Below are positions 1 to 13,160 of a stretch of DNA of 64,000 bases, in pieces. How positions within the stretch are numbered: position 1 is the stretch's first letter; each line of letters starts with the position of its first letter. Position numbers and translations under genes: made by a program. The notes beneath the pieces were generated by a model. That model did not search any database, was not told the origin of the DNA, and saw nothing but the letters and a program-made list of their open reading frames with translations. Location: NCBI GenBank assembly GCA_977017575.1, contig CDRNVI010000140.1, positions 310,001 to 374,000 of the forward strand, read 5' to 3'. The DNA comes from Paramoeba atlantica (taxonomy: Eukaryota; Protista; Discosea).

Positions 1-77
1 TATTCAGGGCAAAGTGGAAGTTTTTTGAACGATTTGTACATGGTTCAGTTTCTAAATGGATTCAAATTTGTTTTGTT

Positions 78-692
78 GTGCCATGCTTTTTCGTCCCTTT
101 TGCTCTCTTTCTCTTTTGTGTGATTTATTTTTTCACACACAACTCTTCTTCTGACAAACTTCTTGTTGTGCCTTCGCCCTTTCTGGTGATACCATTTCCC
201 TTCCATCGAGATACTTCTCTTGATGACATATTTCGAGTTTATGGGACGATTTGCATATGTACAGTCGCTCTGTTCATTGTTTTATCAATCATATTAGTTT
301 TGGGGATTAATTATCGAATTGCTTTCCTTCAATGGAGAGCAATTTTTGTCCAATTTTACTTCTTAATTGCTTGTGGAATTTTTTTCTGGTACTATCTGGG
401 GAGTGAACCTGAGAGAGCGATACCAAATTACATTGAGTGTGTTGGGTCTCATCCACGAATTGATCCACCTCCTTGTCAACGAAATCCAAGTGAAGGACGA
501 GTTTTGGTTTTTTTAACCTATTTGGCAACCTTTTTGTTTCCGGTTGTAATCAGCTTTGTTGTTACTTTTACGAATCCTCTTGTGTCTGGGTGGTGGAAAG
601 AATTCATTTTCAAACGGAAAATTGTTCGAAATATGTCAGACTTGGAGACTGGAACCTCAAATTCTGCATCGAAAGAAAAGGGGGAAACATAA
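78..692 (+). CDS. Frizzled/Smoothened-like 7TM receptor, 3' part (5' end lies outside the window)
   Basis: Alternating hydrophobic TM segments. Block-wise similarity to the 11093-12964 paralog: FFTHNSSSD/FFTHNSASD, YIECVGSHPRIDPPPCQR/YVFCVASHPREDPSPCER, TNPLVSGWW/THPLARGWW. Confidence 0.75.
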   Translation: MPCFFVPFALFLFCVIYFFTHNSSSDKLLVVPSPFLVIPFPFHRDTSLDDIFRVYGTICICTVALFIVLSIILVLGINYRIAFLQWRAIFVQFYFLIACGIFFWYYLGSEPERAIPNYIECVGSHPRIDPPPCQRNPSEGRVLVFLTYLATFLFPVVISFVVTFTNPLVSGWWKEFIFKRKIVRNMSDLETGTSNSASKEKGET

Positions 693-744
693 CTAGTTTA
701 CAGATTTATTTTTTATGATTAGATAAAAAATTGATAAAAAAACA

Positions 745-3736
745 TCAGTGTTCATGGACTAATTCAGTCAATCCACCTGAGGAGTTTGTTCGAAAGGATT
801 TCTTTAGCGAAACTGGAGCAGAAGATGAGATTTTTGCTCCGCATAAATCACTCTTTGGATCATCCAAATCTCGAGAATCTCGAGAATCTCGAGAAGGAGG
901 ATTCAAAGTCGTTCCACTCTTCTTTCTAGTTATCCTTTCACTTAAGTCATATCTTTCACTTTTTTCACTTAAATCATAATAATACGAATCTTCATTTTCA
1001 TCGTTTGTAAGATGAAGTTGACTCTCACTTTGATGCACACGACTTGGACGAAAGGCCAGAGCAGGAGATCTTTGGCTCGCAATCCCAGGTTTGGCTCCAC
1101 CACCATAAGTGGTTCTCTTTTTCAAGTGGCGATGTCCAATAATGAATTGATGCCATTCCTGAAAAAAAAATAATCCTTATTTTTAGGGGAAAAAAAGGTG
1201 AGAAAATGGAGAAAGTTACCTTCCAATCTTGGGTCAATTCTGTTTCGATCTTCAAAGGAAAGTTCCCTGAAGCTAATTGAGCTTTATCTTTTGTTTGAAT
1301 TACAATCCGATTTCTTTTTGGGTTTTCGGAGATTCGAATCCCTTTTAGAGAGATCACCTGTTTTTTTTTCACATAAGAAAATATCCTTTCTTCCACAAGA
1401 ATAACGTCTTACATCTATGTTCTCTTCTACTCCGCCCCCCAAAAATAGATCAAGAAGAAATATACCATGGAAGCTTCAGTATCGGCCTCTGATTTAAAGA
1501 TATGGAGACAACGATCATTGAGCACAACCCATCTTCTTGAAAAAAGTACCCAAGAATGTGCTTTGATCTTTTTTTGGTGGAAGTTTTAGTCAAAATAAAA
1601 AATGTAAAAGAGAAAGGAGCAAGAAACAAAAAAAAAAAAAAGATTACATTGACCCAACCCCTCTTAAGCGCTTTTGGGAAGACAGAGTTTTTCTTCATTT
1701 TGATTTCATTTTCCACAATGTCATCGTACATTGATTCAAGGAGCTCACTAAAAGGGAGAGTGGAGAGAGAGAGAGAGAGAGAGTGGGCAATGAGTAAAGA
1801 AAGGAATGAAAGAAAATGAAATGAAAAAATACCTTGGAAGATCTTCACCTTCATTTATTCCGCGATTATTCTTCAAAAATTGGTCTTTCTTCATTTTATG
1901 TTTGACCTAATAAAAGAACAAATTGAAAACAATCCACAAAAGAAAAATAGAAATCATCAGAGTTCAAAAGAGAGAGTACCTGTGGGTTGTGTGCGTCTGT
2001 ATTCAACATAATCAAAGAATACGCCAACACTAGAACTGTATCAGATGTTTTAAAGGTCTCAATTGATGGATTTGCCTATTATGATAACATATGTTCTGTT
2101 CAGAATCGAAAAAATTGAAAAGAAAAGTTTCAGAGAAAAATACAAACTCCATAATAAACTTTGGCAAACGATTCAAGAAGTCGTTCAATCTTTTGTGACT
2201 CACCAGGTAATCGAAAATGGGACAAGAGTTGCCTCAATGCAGAAGGGACATCTTTTCCTCGGAGATCGATCAATTGGAAAAAATCTTCACGAATTTGTTC
2301 AATATTCTTGACCTCATCACTATGGTTAACCAGTCAAAGAAAAGAAAGAAGAGAGGAAAGAAAAATGAGAGAGAGAGAGAAAGAAAAGAAAAGGAAAAAG
2401 ATAAAAGAGAGAATGAAAGAAGAAGTAAAGAAATAACGAATTAATTCTTTCAAAACAGATTTTTACAAAAGCCAAAAAAAAAAACAAAGAATAAATCTTA
2501 CCTCCTTTCACTTAAATAATCACCAAGCTGAGCTTGATCGATTTGGTCGCCATGAGAAAACAAAAACCAAGCAATTGAACTCGAATGCAAATCTCTTAAT
2601 TCATCTCTTAATAATGAACTTAAATTTGGGGCTTTTGTTGTTGTTGTTGTCTTCGAATTGTCTTCTTTTCTTTCTTCTGTTTCAACTTCTCCTTCTTCTT
2701 CTTCTTCTCCTTCTCTTCCTTCGGTGATGGGAGAATACATCTCTGGCATTCCGATTAAGTTTGCCTTCATTAAATGTTTCATTCCATTCTTTGGCTTTTG
2801 ATTGAAGAGTTGAGCACCATCCATTAATTTTTGAATCACCTCGCTTTCAAAGTTAACATGTCCCTTTTAAAAAAGAAGAAAGAAAAGAAACAATGTCAGA
2901 AAAACAAAAAGAAAGAAAAGAAAAGAAATTACAAACCACTTCCAAGTTCGATTGGCGATCATTTTCAAAAGAAGAAACACTGACACTGACAGATGGAAGA
3001 GGGGGAATAGCTGGTGGTTTTCTCGGCGATCCTTTTCCCTCTTCCTCTTTCTCTCTCCTTTCTCTCTCTTCTTTTTCGCGTTTTTCTCTTTCTTGTTTCT
3101 CTTTCTCTTTTTGAATTTTCTTCGCTTCATCCATACATTCATGAATGAAACTTGCGAGAGCTTTATCCGACATGAATTTACAAGTTTCGAGAGTTTCTTG
3201 ATACGCTTCCCATGTCTCTTCATATTCTGCTTTCTCTTCAAAGAAACTGGAAAAAAGAAAGAAGTTTAAGATCAGGAGAGAAGAAAAGAAAAGAAAGAAA
3301 GAAAGAAAGAGAAAGAAAAGGGAAAAAAGTGGAACTTTTCTCTTGCTTGGTAGAATAACTGTCCTGTTCTGGAATTTTTGTGGCAGAGACTCAAGAGAGC
3401 TCTCTGAAAGAGAGAGAAGAAAAGGAAAAAAGTGAGTCATTCTGTCTCTCTTTCTTTCTTTCTTTCTCTCAAAAGATAATTTTGTTTGAGTTTTTTTGAT
3501 TTCTCTTTTAAAAAAACCTCATGTTGAAGGAGTTCTTCTCTCTTTTTTTCGATTGTCGATTGAATCAGGCGATTGTTTTTCTTGATTGTCTTGGTTGTTA
3601 TTTTGGCATCTAATCAATGAACAAGAGAAATTAGATTGATTGGAAGAAATTTGTTTCTGAAAGAGAAAAAACCTGTTGGAGCGAGATCTTTCTGCGAAAC
3701 ATCATCTTCCGTATTCTCACCAACTCTTTCACTCAT
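745..3736 (-). CDS. Sec7 + PH domain ARF guanine-nucleotide exchange factor (cytohesin-like), multi-exon
   Basis: Sec7 motifs [12 protein letters not shown]...LGDYLSE (2498-2790), [20 protein letters not shown] (~2160-2225) and [20 protein letters not shown] (~1980-2045). PH motifs [16 protein letters not shown] (~1490-1545) and EWHQFII (~1140-1160). Exon 1 MSERVGENT... splices in phase to exon 2. Confidence 0.92.
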
Positions 3737-4040
3737 CACACAAAACACAAACAAAAAATTTTCCGAAACAAAACACCAACTCCCAAAACAGAAACAAAAT
3801 AAGAACAAAAAAAGAAAAACAAAAAACACCCGCAAAAAGAAACAAAATACTTTTTTAACACAAAAAATCAAATTCTTCTTTCAGCAATAAAAAACAACAA
3901 TAAGCTCGCACAATTTAATCATCCCAAAAAATCTTAGAACCAAAACTTCGCAAAATCCGATAAGCAGCGCCTTTTCTCTTTTCATTTTCAGGTGTTTTTG
4001 AGTTTTGTTTTTTTGCAATTTCTGAATTGTTTGGGAAAAA

Positions 4041-5333
4041 ATGGCCGTTCACACTTCCTCAGATTTGTCCATCAGAAGTACTTCCTCTCGATGGGGACAA
4101 TCCACTTTTCAGATAGAACACCGAGATGGCAATGGATTCACCGGTTTTTCTCTTTTTTCTTTCAAGCAAGTCGTCATGGCAGCAGTTCAATTTACTTTTT
4201 GGTAACAGTTGAGGGAAAGCTTGTCGAACTTCGAAACCACTCTGTCTGTGATCAAAGCGGAAAATATCATCGTTTCTTGTCTCTAGTTGTTGATGTTTCT
4301 CGATCAAGAATCCGAGTTTTCACAGGTTTTCCAATTTCCATTTTTCATTTTTCAAACCTGAAAAGTTCTTTTAAACAAAGGGATAATAGAGAGGAATTTT
4401 TAATTTTTCTCATTTTTCTTTTTCTTTTTCTTTTTGACAAAACAGACAAAGGAGAAGAAAGAGATCCCCAACACAACCCAGAAGACAAAGTGCAAAGAAA
4501 GGGATATTTAAATGTTTATCACAAGGTTGACAGCGGGGATCCTTTTCAAGTTGATGATGATTCATTGCAAAAGGCGATTGGGTCTGCTTCTGCGGCTCTT
4601 CCGGACGGGTATTTTGATCTTCAAGCTTCCAAACTTCATCCCAAGGTTTTTTTCTTTTTTTCTTTTTTTTTTTTTTTTTTTTTTTTCTTTTTTTCTTTTT
4701 TTCTTTTTTTCTTTTTTTCTTTTTTTCTTTTTTTCTTTTTTCTTTTTTTTCTTTTTCTTTTCTTTCTTTTTTTCTTTTTTTTTCTTTTTCTTTCTTTTCT
4801 TTCTTTTCTTTCTTTTTCTTTCTTTTTCTTCTTTTTCTTTCTTTTCTTTTCTTTGAGTGTTTTTTTTTTTTTTCCTCCCATTTATTTGTCTCTCTCTCAA
4901 ATCCATTTGGGATAAAAAGAAAAGAAACAATTTTTTGACTGGAAACTCTTTTCCTAACACAACAACAACAGGTTCCAAGGAGATTTGAATTTTGGGGTGA
5001 TTCATTAAAACTGAAATATCGAGATCTCCATCTCAAACCTGGTTCAGGAGTTATCATTCGAACGAAGGGTTCTTCTTCTTCTCTTCTCTTTTTCTTTTAA
5101 AAAGAAAATAATTCTTGAAAAATGATTTTTGGTCTAATTTACAAAAAGGAAATTCGATTTTTGTTGATGAAGTGGCTGCAAAAGAATCGGCTGGATCAGC
5201 AAGTTTTGCATCTGAAAATGCTGGAGCCAATTGGACTGAAAAGATCTTTGCTCACAAATCTGATCAACAACAACAACAACAAGAAGAAACAAAAGGGACT
5301 GGGGATGCTTGTGAAGATGATGAATGGGATTAA
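4041..5333 (+). CDS. ARPIN: Arpin (Arp2/3 complex inhibitor), multi-exon
   Basis: Spliced product matches Arpin along its length: GNGFTVEGKLVELRNHSVCDQSGKYHRF, VQRKGYLNVYHKV, FWGDSLKLKYRDLHLKPGSGVIIRTKGNSIFVDEV, AGANWTEKIFAHKS, and acidic C-terminus GTGDACEDDEWD*. Confidence 0.88.
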
Positions 5334-5694
5334 TAGAATGTTGTTGTTGTTATTTTTTTTTGAAATGGAAAAGGGAAGAAGAAGAAGAAAAGGAAAAGGA
5401 AAAGGAAAAGGAAAAGGAAAAGGGGGTTTGATTGAACAGAAATGTTCTTGGTTTTCATGGTAATGGATCCCCATCGAAAACTTTAAAAAAAAAGAGAAAA
5501 ATGAAAAAGAATTTGATTTTTATTTTTTGTTTCAATTATTTGAGAGTTTCTTTCAACTTGAGAGAAAGTGGAATTTCAGAAAAAAATGATTTTTGAGAAT
5601 TGTTCTTTTTTCGAGAAAAAGATGAGAAAGAGAATTTATGAAAGGGAGAAAAAAAAACTTTTTTTTTTTGAATAATTAATATAATTTATTGTTT

Positions 5695-8600
5695 TTACTT
5701 TTCTTTCCCTCTTTCTTCTTTTCTTCTCTTTTTGTTGGTTCTCTCTCTCTCGTCTCTTTTTCCCGATCTCTTTCTTTTCTTCTTCTCTTCTCCTTCTTCT
5801 CTTTCAAAAGTCTCGAATTCTCTCTTTCTTTTCTTTTTCTCTTCTTTTTCTCTTTTGAAAGTCTCAAATTCTCTCTCCCAATTTTCTTCTTCCCATCTCT
5901 CTTCTTCTTCCCATTTCTCTTTCAAAAGAAAAGTTTTCATTTCCATTTCTTCTTCTTCCCATCTCTCTTCTTCTTCTTCCCAGAAATATTCTTCTTCTTC
6001 TTCTTCTTTCCATTCTTCTTTTTCTTCTTCTTCTCTTTCTTCTTCTTCTTCTCTTTCTTCTTCTTCTTCTTCTTCTTTTTCTTCTTCTCTTTCTTCTTCT
6101 TTCAATTCTTCTTTTTCTTCTTCTTCTTTCAATTCTTCTTCTTCTTCTTCTTCTTCTTCTCTTTCTTCTTCTTTCCATTCTTCTTCTTCTTTAATCCATT
6201 GTTTTTCCCATTCATCATAATTCTCTTCTCTCTCTTCCTTCTCTCTTTGCCATCTCTTTGCTTCTTCTTTTAACCATTCAAATTCCTCTTCTTTTTCCTT
6301 TTTTTGTCTTTCTTCTTTTTTTTTCTTTCTCTTTTTTTCTTTTTTTCTTTCTCTTTCTTCTTTCTCTCTTCTCTCTCTTTCTTCTTTTTCTCTTCTTTCT
6401 CTTTCTTCTTTCTCTCTTCTTTCTTTCTTTTCTCTTCTCCCTCTTTTTTTTCTTTCTCTTCTCTCTCTTTTTTCTCTTTTTTCTTCTCTTTCTTTTTCTT
6501 CTCTTTCTTCTTTTTCTCTTTCTTCTTTTTCTCTTTTCTCTTCCTCTCTTCTTTCTCTTTCTTCTTCCTCTCTTTCTTTTTCTTCTCTTTCTTCTTTTTC
6601 TCTTTCTTCTTTTTCTCTTTTCTCTTCCTCTCTTCTTCTTCTTTCTTCTTTCTCTCTTCTTTCTCTTTCTTCTTCCTCTCTTCTTTCTCTTTCTTTTTCT
6701 TCTCTTCTTCCTCTTTCTTCTTCCTCTCTTCTTTCTCTTTCTTCTTCCTCTCTTCTTTCTCTTTCTTCCTCCTCTCTTCTTTCTCTTTCTTCTTTTTCCT
6801 CTCTTTTTCCTCTTTCTTCTTCCTCTCTTCTTCTTCTTTCTTCTTCCTCTCTTCTTTCTCTTTCTTCCTCCTCTCTTCTTTCTCTTTCTTCTTTTTCCTC
6901 TCTTTTTCCTCTTTCTTCTTTCTCTCTTCTTCTTCTTTCTTCTTTCTCTCTTCTTTCTCTTTCTTCTTTCTCTCTTCTTTCTCTTTCTTCTTCCTCTCTT
7001 CTTTCTCTTTCTTCTTCCTCTCTTCTTTCTCTTTCTTCTTTTTCTTCTCTTTCTCCTTCTCCTTCCTCTCTTTTTTCTCTTTCTTCTCTTTCCTCTCTTC
7101 TTCCTCTTTCTTCTTCCTCTCTTCTTTCTCTTTCTTCTTTTTCCTCTCTTTTCTCTCTTTCTTCTCTTTCTCTTTCTCCTTCCTCTCTTCTTTCTCTTTC
7201 TTCTTTTTCTTTTCTTTCTTTCTCTCTTCTTCCTCTTTCTTCTTCCTCTCTTCTTTCTCTTTCTCTTTCTTCCTCTCTTTTTTCTCTTTCTTCTTCTTCT
7301 TCATTTCTTAATCTCTCTACGATCTTTCTCAACCTTTCTACTTCTCTTCTCTTGATTTCTTCTTCCCTTTTTTCTTGTCTTTTTTCTTCACTTTCTTCTT
7401 CTTCACTGTTTTCTTCGGTTTCTTCCTCTCTTCTTTCCCTTTCTTCTTTCTCTTTTGTCTCTCTTTCTTCTTTACTATCTCTTCCTTCTCTTTCTTCTTT
7501 CTCTCTTCTATCTATCTCTTCTTTCTCTCTTCTATCTCTCTCTTCTATTTCTTTTCTTTCCCCTTCTTCTTGTTTCTTTTTGCTTACTCTTTGGTCTTTC
7601 TCCTCTCTTTTCAATCTCTGTTCTTCTCTCTTTCTTTTCAATCTCTCTTCTCTCTTTTGGAATACCTCTGCCAATCTTTCTTCCGATACTAATCTCTCTC
7701 TAACCTTTCTCAACCTTTCTGCATCTCTTCTCTTGATTTCTTCTTCCCTTCTTTCGAGTCTTTTTTCTTCACTTTCTTCTTCTTCTTCACTATTTTCTTC
7801 ACTGCTTTCTTCACTTTCTTCCTCTGGCAAACCAAACTCCTTGAGATTCTCAGGCAAAACCGGGTTCATCAAGGGGTGGTTCAGAGGCGGGCGAGTTGAT
7901 CTCCTTGGCCTTGAGATAACAGAATGAGGAGGCACCGAACTTTTGGATCTCTCTTCTTGTAAAGATTGCTCAGAACTCTCCGTTGGCTCAGAGAGGTCAA
8001 AACACATATCAGAAATCCCAGCAAATTGAGAATATTCTGAGACAGGTTCGGCGGGGTCGACAAGTTCAGGAACAGATTCAATAGGTTCGAAAACAGGTTC
8101 AGGAATTCGCTCTTCTTGTAGAGATTGTTCAGGACTGTCAGTGGACTCAGAGTCAGAGAGGTCAAAACACATATCAGAAATTCCAGTGAATTGAGAATAT
8201 TCTGAGACAGGTTCGGCGGGGTCTACAAGTTCAGGAACAGATTCAATAGATTCGAAAACAGGTTCGGGAATTCGCTCTTCTTGTAGAGATTGTTCAGGGC
8301 TGTCTGTTGACTCAGAGTCGGAGAGGTCAAAACACATATCAGAAATTCCAGCGAATTGAGAATATATTGAGACAGGTTCGATTGAAAGAGAGCGATTGGA
8401 GGAAGATGAGGGATAGGCTTCAGAAGAAGATGAAGGATAGGCAGAGGAAGATAAAGGGTGAGCATCAGAAGAAGATGAAGGATAGTCATAGGGAGATAAA
8501 GGGTGAGCATCAGAAGAAGATGAAGGATAGTCATAGGAAGAAGATGAATGATAGGCATAGGAAGATGAAGGATTAGCACCAGAAGAAGATGAAGGATAGG

Positions 8601-10802
8601 CATAGGAAGATAAAGGGTGAGCATGGGAAGAAGATGAAGGATAGTTATAGGAAGAAGATGAAGGATAGGCGTAGAAATATGAAGGAACGTTGGAGGAAGA
8701 TGAAGGATAGGCTAAGGAAGATGAAGGATATGCATAGAAATATGAAGGAGCCTCGGAGGAAGATGAAGGATGGGCATAGAAAGATGAAGGATCGACATAG
8801 AAAGATGAAGGATTGGCATAGGAAGAAGATGAAGGATCTGCATAAGAAGATGCAGGATAGGCTAAGGAAGATGAAGAATCAGCATAGGAAGATGAAGGAT
8901 CATTATAGGAAGAAAATGAAGGATTGGCATAGGAAGAAGACGAAGGATTGGCATAGGAAGATGCAGGATGGGCTATGGAAGATGAAAGATCAGCAAACGA
9001 AGGCAATGAAGGATCGGTATCGGGAGAAGATGAAGGATCAGCATAAGAAGATGAAGGATCGGCATAAGAAGATGAAGGATCGGCATAAGAAGATGAAGGA
9101 TCGTCATAGGAAGAAGAGGAAGTAACATTGGGGAAAAAAGAAGGTTGGAATTGTCCTTGGTATTTCTGAAAAAGCACTTGCGTTTTCACGGAATCGCATA
9201 CATGAGAGAAGAGAGATCTGTGAGATGAAGCCACGGAGGAAGATGAAGGAGAACCTTTGGAAGAAAAGGGGGAAGAAGACTGGGCAAAAGAGGAGGAATT
9301 TTTATAGGAAGCCCTAGAGGAAGAAGCCCTAGAGGAAGAAGCCCTAGAGGAAGAAGCCCGAGAGGAAGAAGCCCTAGAGGAAGAAACCTTAGAGGAGGAA
9401 GAAGCCCGAGAGGAAGAAGAGGAGGAGGAAGAGGCCCTAGAGGAAGAAGCCCGAGAGGAAGAAGCCTTAGAGGAAGAAGCCCGAGAGGAAGAAGAGGAGG
9501 AGGAGGAAGAAGCCTTAGAGGAAGAAGCCTTAGAGGAAGAAGCCTTCGAGTAAGAAACCTTCAAGTAAGAAACCTGAGAGGACGAAATCTTCGGGGGGGG
9601 GTACATTTTGAAAAAGCAGGAGACCTCATTGATATCATCTTCCCACTTTGCCAAATCATATTTCTGCTCTTTTGCCCATTCTCGAAAATGATTCTTTTCC
9701 TGATTGAGAGGTTTTGCGATATGAAAAGGAAAATGAAAGAGATAACGGAGAAGCAGAGGGGAGCGTTTGACTGTTGGTTTAAGTCGAGCCCTTCTTAAAG
9801 CCAGGTAATATTCTTTAAACTCCTTTCGGTAGGCACTCCTCACTTCCTTCGTTTCTTCGACTCCAGGGTTGGCTTCTCTTTTGCATTGCTCCCAGGTCTG
9901 GCATATGAAGGAGGCAGAGGGACTTTGTTCAAGAGGATCTATATTCTGGAAGGTAAGGTTGATTGGCTTCTCGAAATCCTCCATGTAATCCTCGACATAT
10001 TGAGCCTTGAGTTTCTCAAAATGTTCTCTTGATCCATCAAATTTTTCTTCCTTGAGTAAGCTGTGTTATTTCAATATGAACGGTGAGTAAAAAAGGGAAA
10101 AGTTAAAAAAAAAAAAAAAAAAAAGAAAAAAAACATTTGAAATCGAGCATTCTGTCTCTCTCGAATAAAATCTGTCTCTAATTTCACAAAACGACCCCAT
10201 GTCAGCAATTCTTTTCTCGATACCATTTCCCAATCTCTCTGCTTCCTTTCTTTCTCGAGTGTAGCTGGGTCATGTCCTTGCTCCTTGTCTTCTCTTTCTC
10301 GTCGTTCTTTCTCCTTGCGATCTTCTTCCCGAAAATACTTTTTTCTCTCTTGTTTAAAAATATCTTCCCCCCACTCCCTTTCAAACCACCTGAACTTCTC
10401 TGTCACTTCCTGATCATACAAAAACAATGTAAAACTCTGCGATTCCTTCTTTGCCCAATAGGCCTTCCTGACAAACATATCGTTGATTTTCATTCTCTTC
10501 GCCAATGCATATTCATCCTTGGTAAGATCTTTCAATGGGATTCCTCTCTCCTTCGCCCAATCTCGGACATGATACCTTCCCTCTTTCACTCCTTTTTTCG
10601 CAAGAATCTCAGCTCTCTTTTTTTTGAAGTTTGCATAATGGAAAGAAGTAATCTTCTCAACATCAAGTCCAAATTCTTGTTCTACCCATTCATCAAATGG
10701 AGGAAGGAGGGAGCTTCCTTCGGGAGGGTATCTTGGAGGCGGCTCTGGGAAGAGCCACGATTTTGGTGTTTGAGGTTTATCAAACTTAGTCGTTTTATTC
10801 AT
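5695..10802 (-). CDS. Large (~1,700 aa) low-complexity protein: possible degenerate HMG-box-like N-terminus, Ser/Tyr/Pro repeats, acidic 55-aa repeats, long E/R/K coiled coil
   Basis: Exon 1 (MNKTTKF...ARFQ, 10802 to ~10135) joins in phase 2 (AT|C) to a ~4.3-kb exon that contains the 1429-aa ORF. The true 3' end inside the GA-rich tract is uncertain. Confidence 0.7.
5950..7350. repeat. GA/TC-rich degenerate coding repeat (EEEERERREE-type units)
   Basis: Repeated ttcttcctctcttctttctct units. The tract is stop-free in several frames on both strands. Confidence 0.9.
7955..8390. repeat. 165-bp (55-aa) tandem repeat, ~2.6 copies, in coding sequence
   Basis: Anchor gagacaggttcg recurs at ~8039, ~8204 and ~8369. 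Peptide EPVSEYSQFAGISDMCFDLSDSESTDSPEQSLQEERIPEPVFESIESVPELVDPA. Confidence 0.9.
8400..9560. repeat. 21-24-bp YADPSSS/YAYPSSSS repeats (8400-9120) and 15-bp SSSRA repeats (9305-9560)
   Basis: Repeated gaagatgaaggat(c/a)ggcata and gaggaagaagcccta units. Confidence 0.88.
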
Positions 10803-11092
10803 GGAAAAGAGAAAGAAGAGGGAAAGAAGAGAGAAAGAAGAGGGAAAGAGAGGAGAAGAGAGAAAGAAGAGGGGGAGGGGAGAAGAGGGAGAAGAGAGAG
10901 AAGGAGAAGAAGAGAAGGAAAAGTTCTTTGGAAAAAGAAAAAGAAAAAAAAAAGTTAGGGGTCTAAAATTAGCGATTTCTAAAATTATTGCTAAAATTGG
11001 CTCAAAAAAACGAGACCCCGAAAAATTAAACAACTTTGGGACGAACGGACGTATTTTTTGTGGTCCACCTTTTTCTCGCTTTGAAAATTTCG

Positions 11093-12964
11093 ATGGGGAG
11101 GTCTCTGTTTCCCCCTCTCCTTCTTCTTCTGATCGTCTCTCCTGTTTTTTCTTTTGATCGTCATGAGCGGAGAAAGGCAACTACAAAAGCACTGACAAAC
11201 TCAACATGTTTTGAATACACACTTGAAAACGAATGTTCAACTCTTGTTGGGCTGGTTGATACGAGCGAATCATTTCAGCAGGTTGTTTTCAATGCGATCA
11301 GTTTGAATATTTCTGATGTCAGAATGCTTCCTCGTGATTGTCGTCGGCCAATTTTATGGTATCTTTGTGGTTTGGTATTTCCCCCTTGTCCTCCCGAATC
11401 GGAAGCGGAACAAGAGTGCCGACTGATCGAGGGATGTCTTCAAGTTTCCGCGCTCTGTGAAGATTATCTTACAATCGAATGCCCCTTTTCCCATTCAGAT
11501 CTTGAGAACAACTCCACCATTTGTTCTCAAGTCATCGAACAAGAAATTGAAGAAGCCTCAGCTGATCCAATTCCTGTTGAAACCTGTTTGGATGGTGAGA
11601 TGATGGACATAGACTGTTGTATCGACCCTTATGTGGTTGGTGGTGAAGGGGAATGTGTTGTCGAGTGTTTTCAATATGAGTATGGGAAAAGCATGACTCT
11701 TGGAATCAGTATTGTCTGTATGATTGCGGCTTGGGCTGGGCTGGTGCTCCTCATCCTGATAATCCTACCACTTTGCGTTCTTCGTGTTGATATGAGGTTT
11801 GTTTTCTCCATTCAAGCCAACTCTCTCAGCTTTTTTTTTCAATCCTATTTATTTTGAAGTTCAATAGTTACCCGAATTATATGATGATATTGGGGATTTT
11901 AACTTGGAATCTGTTTTCTTTTTTTGCGATATGGTCTGTCTTTGCAGGTTTGACTTGCTCGCTCTTTTCTTTTCTTTTGGAAATCTCAAATTATTCCAAT
12001 TCAAAGGAGGTCCTCAAGAATTTATATGTGGGAACGAAATTTCTTTTGAAGTCGCAATTGAATCTTATTCGAAATCAACAAGAACAGGAATTCAGTTCTC
12101 CTTGGCAATGTTCTTGAATACGTTTTCGTTGTCATGTTGGGCCCTTTCAGCTTTTAACACAATTTGTGTGATTGCAAGGTTTAAATTGGCCCATAGTTCC
12201 ATTTTTTGAAAGATTTTTTCAAGAAAGATTTTTTATTAAACTGAATATTGAATAGAGGGAGATTTGTGATTCTTCGAAAATTAGTTGAACGTCCAGTGCC
12301 TCGGTCGACTGAAAGGATTATACTGTTCCTTCTTATCTTGTATCCGAGCTCGCTCACCATCTACTTTTTGGCAGACTTCTTTACACATAATTCCGCATCT
12401 GATACCTCTTCAATTTTTCCAGCTCCTTTTATTTATTATCCCCTAGCTGATCGCACAGTTTTCAAGGTTGCACTTATGATTCCTGCGTCTATTGTCGTAA
12501 CAATGTTTCTTCTTTTTCTCCTCATTACTCTTAAAACATCTTTTTACCTCTTCTACTTTCATTGGCGAGCTCTCTTCGTTTCATTTTACATCTGCCTAAT
12601 GTATGGTTTTTTGGTTCATATCCTATTTTTTCAAACAAATCCTTATGAGGAGTCACTTGGGGAATATGTGTTTTGTGTGGCATCCCATCCAAGAGAAGAT
12701 CCGTCACCCTGCGAACGAAAATTCGATTCAGGAGCTGTCGCTGTGGCTGATACTTTAGTTTTTTTCCTTGCTTCTCCGATCTGGGGAGGGGTCTTGTTCT
12801 CCACTCATCCTTTGGCTCGAGGGTGGTGGGTTCGGTTGATTTGCAAAAGAGAGATTACTTATGATATTTCTTTGGTTCAAACCCAGTCAGCTTTGTCCGA
12901 TTTCGCTTCGCAGGAGACTAGACAAGAAAAATTCAAGGAAAAAAGTTCTTCGGCTGATCAATGA
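11093..12964 (+). CDS. Frizzled/Smoothened-like GPCR with signal peptide and Cys-rich domain, multi-exon
   Basis: Signal peptide MGRSLFPPLLLLLIVSPVFS. Fz-CRD-like cysteine pattern (CRRPILWYLCGLVFPPCP). Multiple TM helices. Paralog of 78-692. Resembles the Dictyostelium fsl family. Confidence 0.78.
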
Positions 12965-13160
12965 CTCCTGCACTTCTACAATATGAGCAGGACCTTACCC
13001 TCATCTCACAACTCAACCCAAAGAAGGACAATGAGAGGCAATATTGAACACCTATCTTTGCGACTCACAGTTGTTTTGGGGAGATTGTTTTTATTTTATT
13101 TATTTTGATCTCTTCTTGTGCTCCTCTGTGTGATTTTCATCTCCTTCGTTCCTTTTCTTT

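Noticed and set aside
5689-7927. Long F/S/L-rich ORFs on + and K/E-rich ORFs in other - frames
   Set aside because: Purine/pyrimidine strand asymmetry makes stops rare. These are shadows of the E/R/K tract.
8307-9125. + strand MKDRHRKK-repeat ORFs suggesting a dual-coded antisense protein
   Set aside because: These are the exact reverse complement of the SSSYADP repeats, with no unique sequence or separate gene structure.
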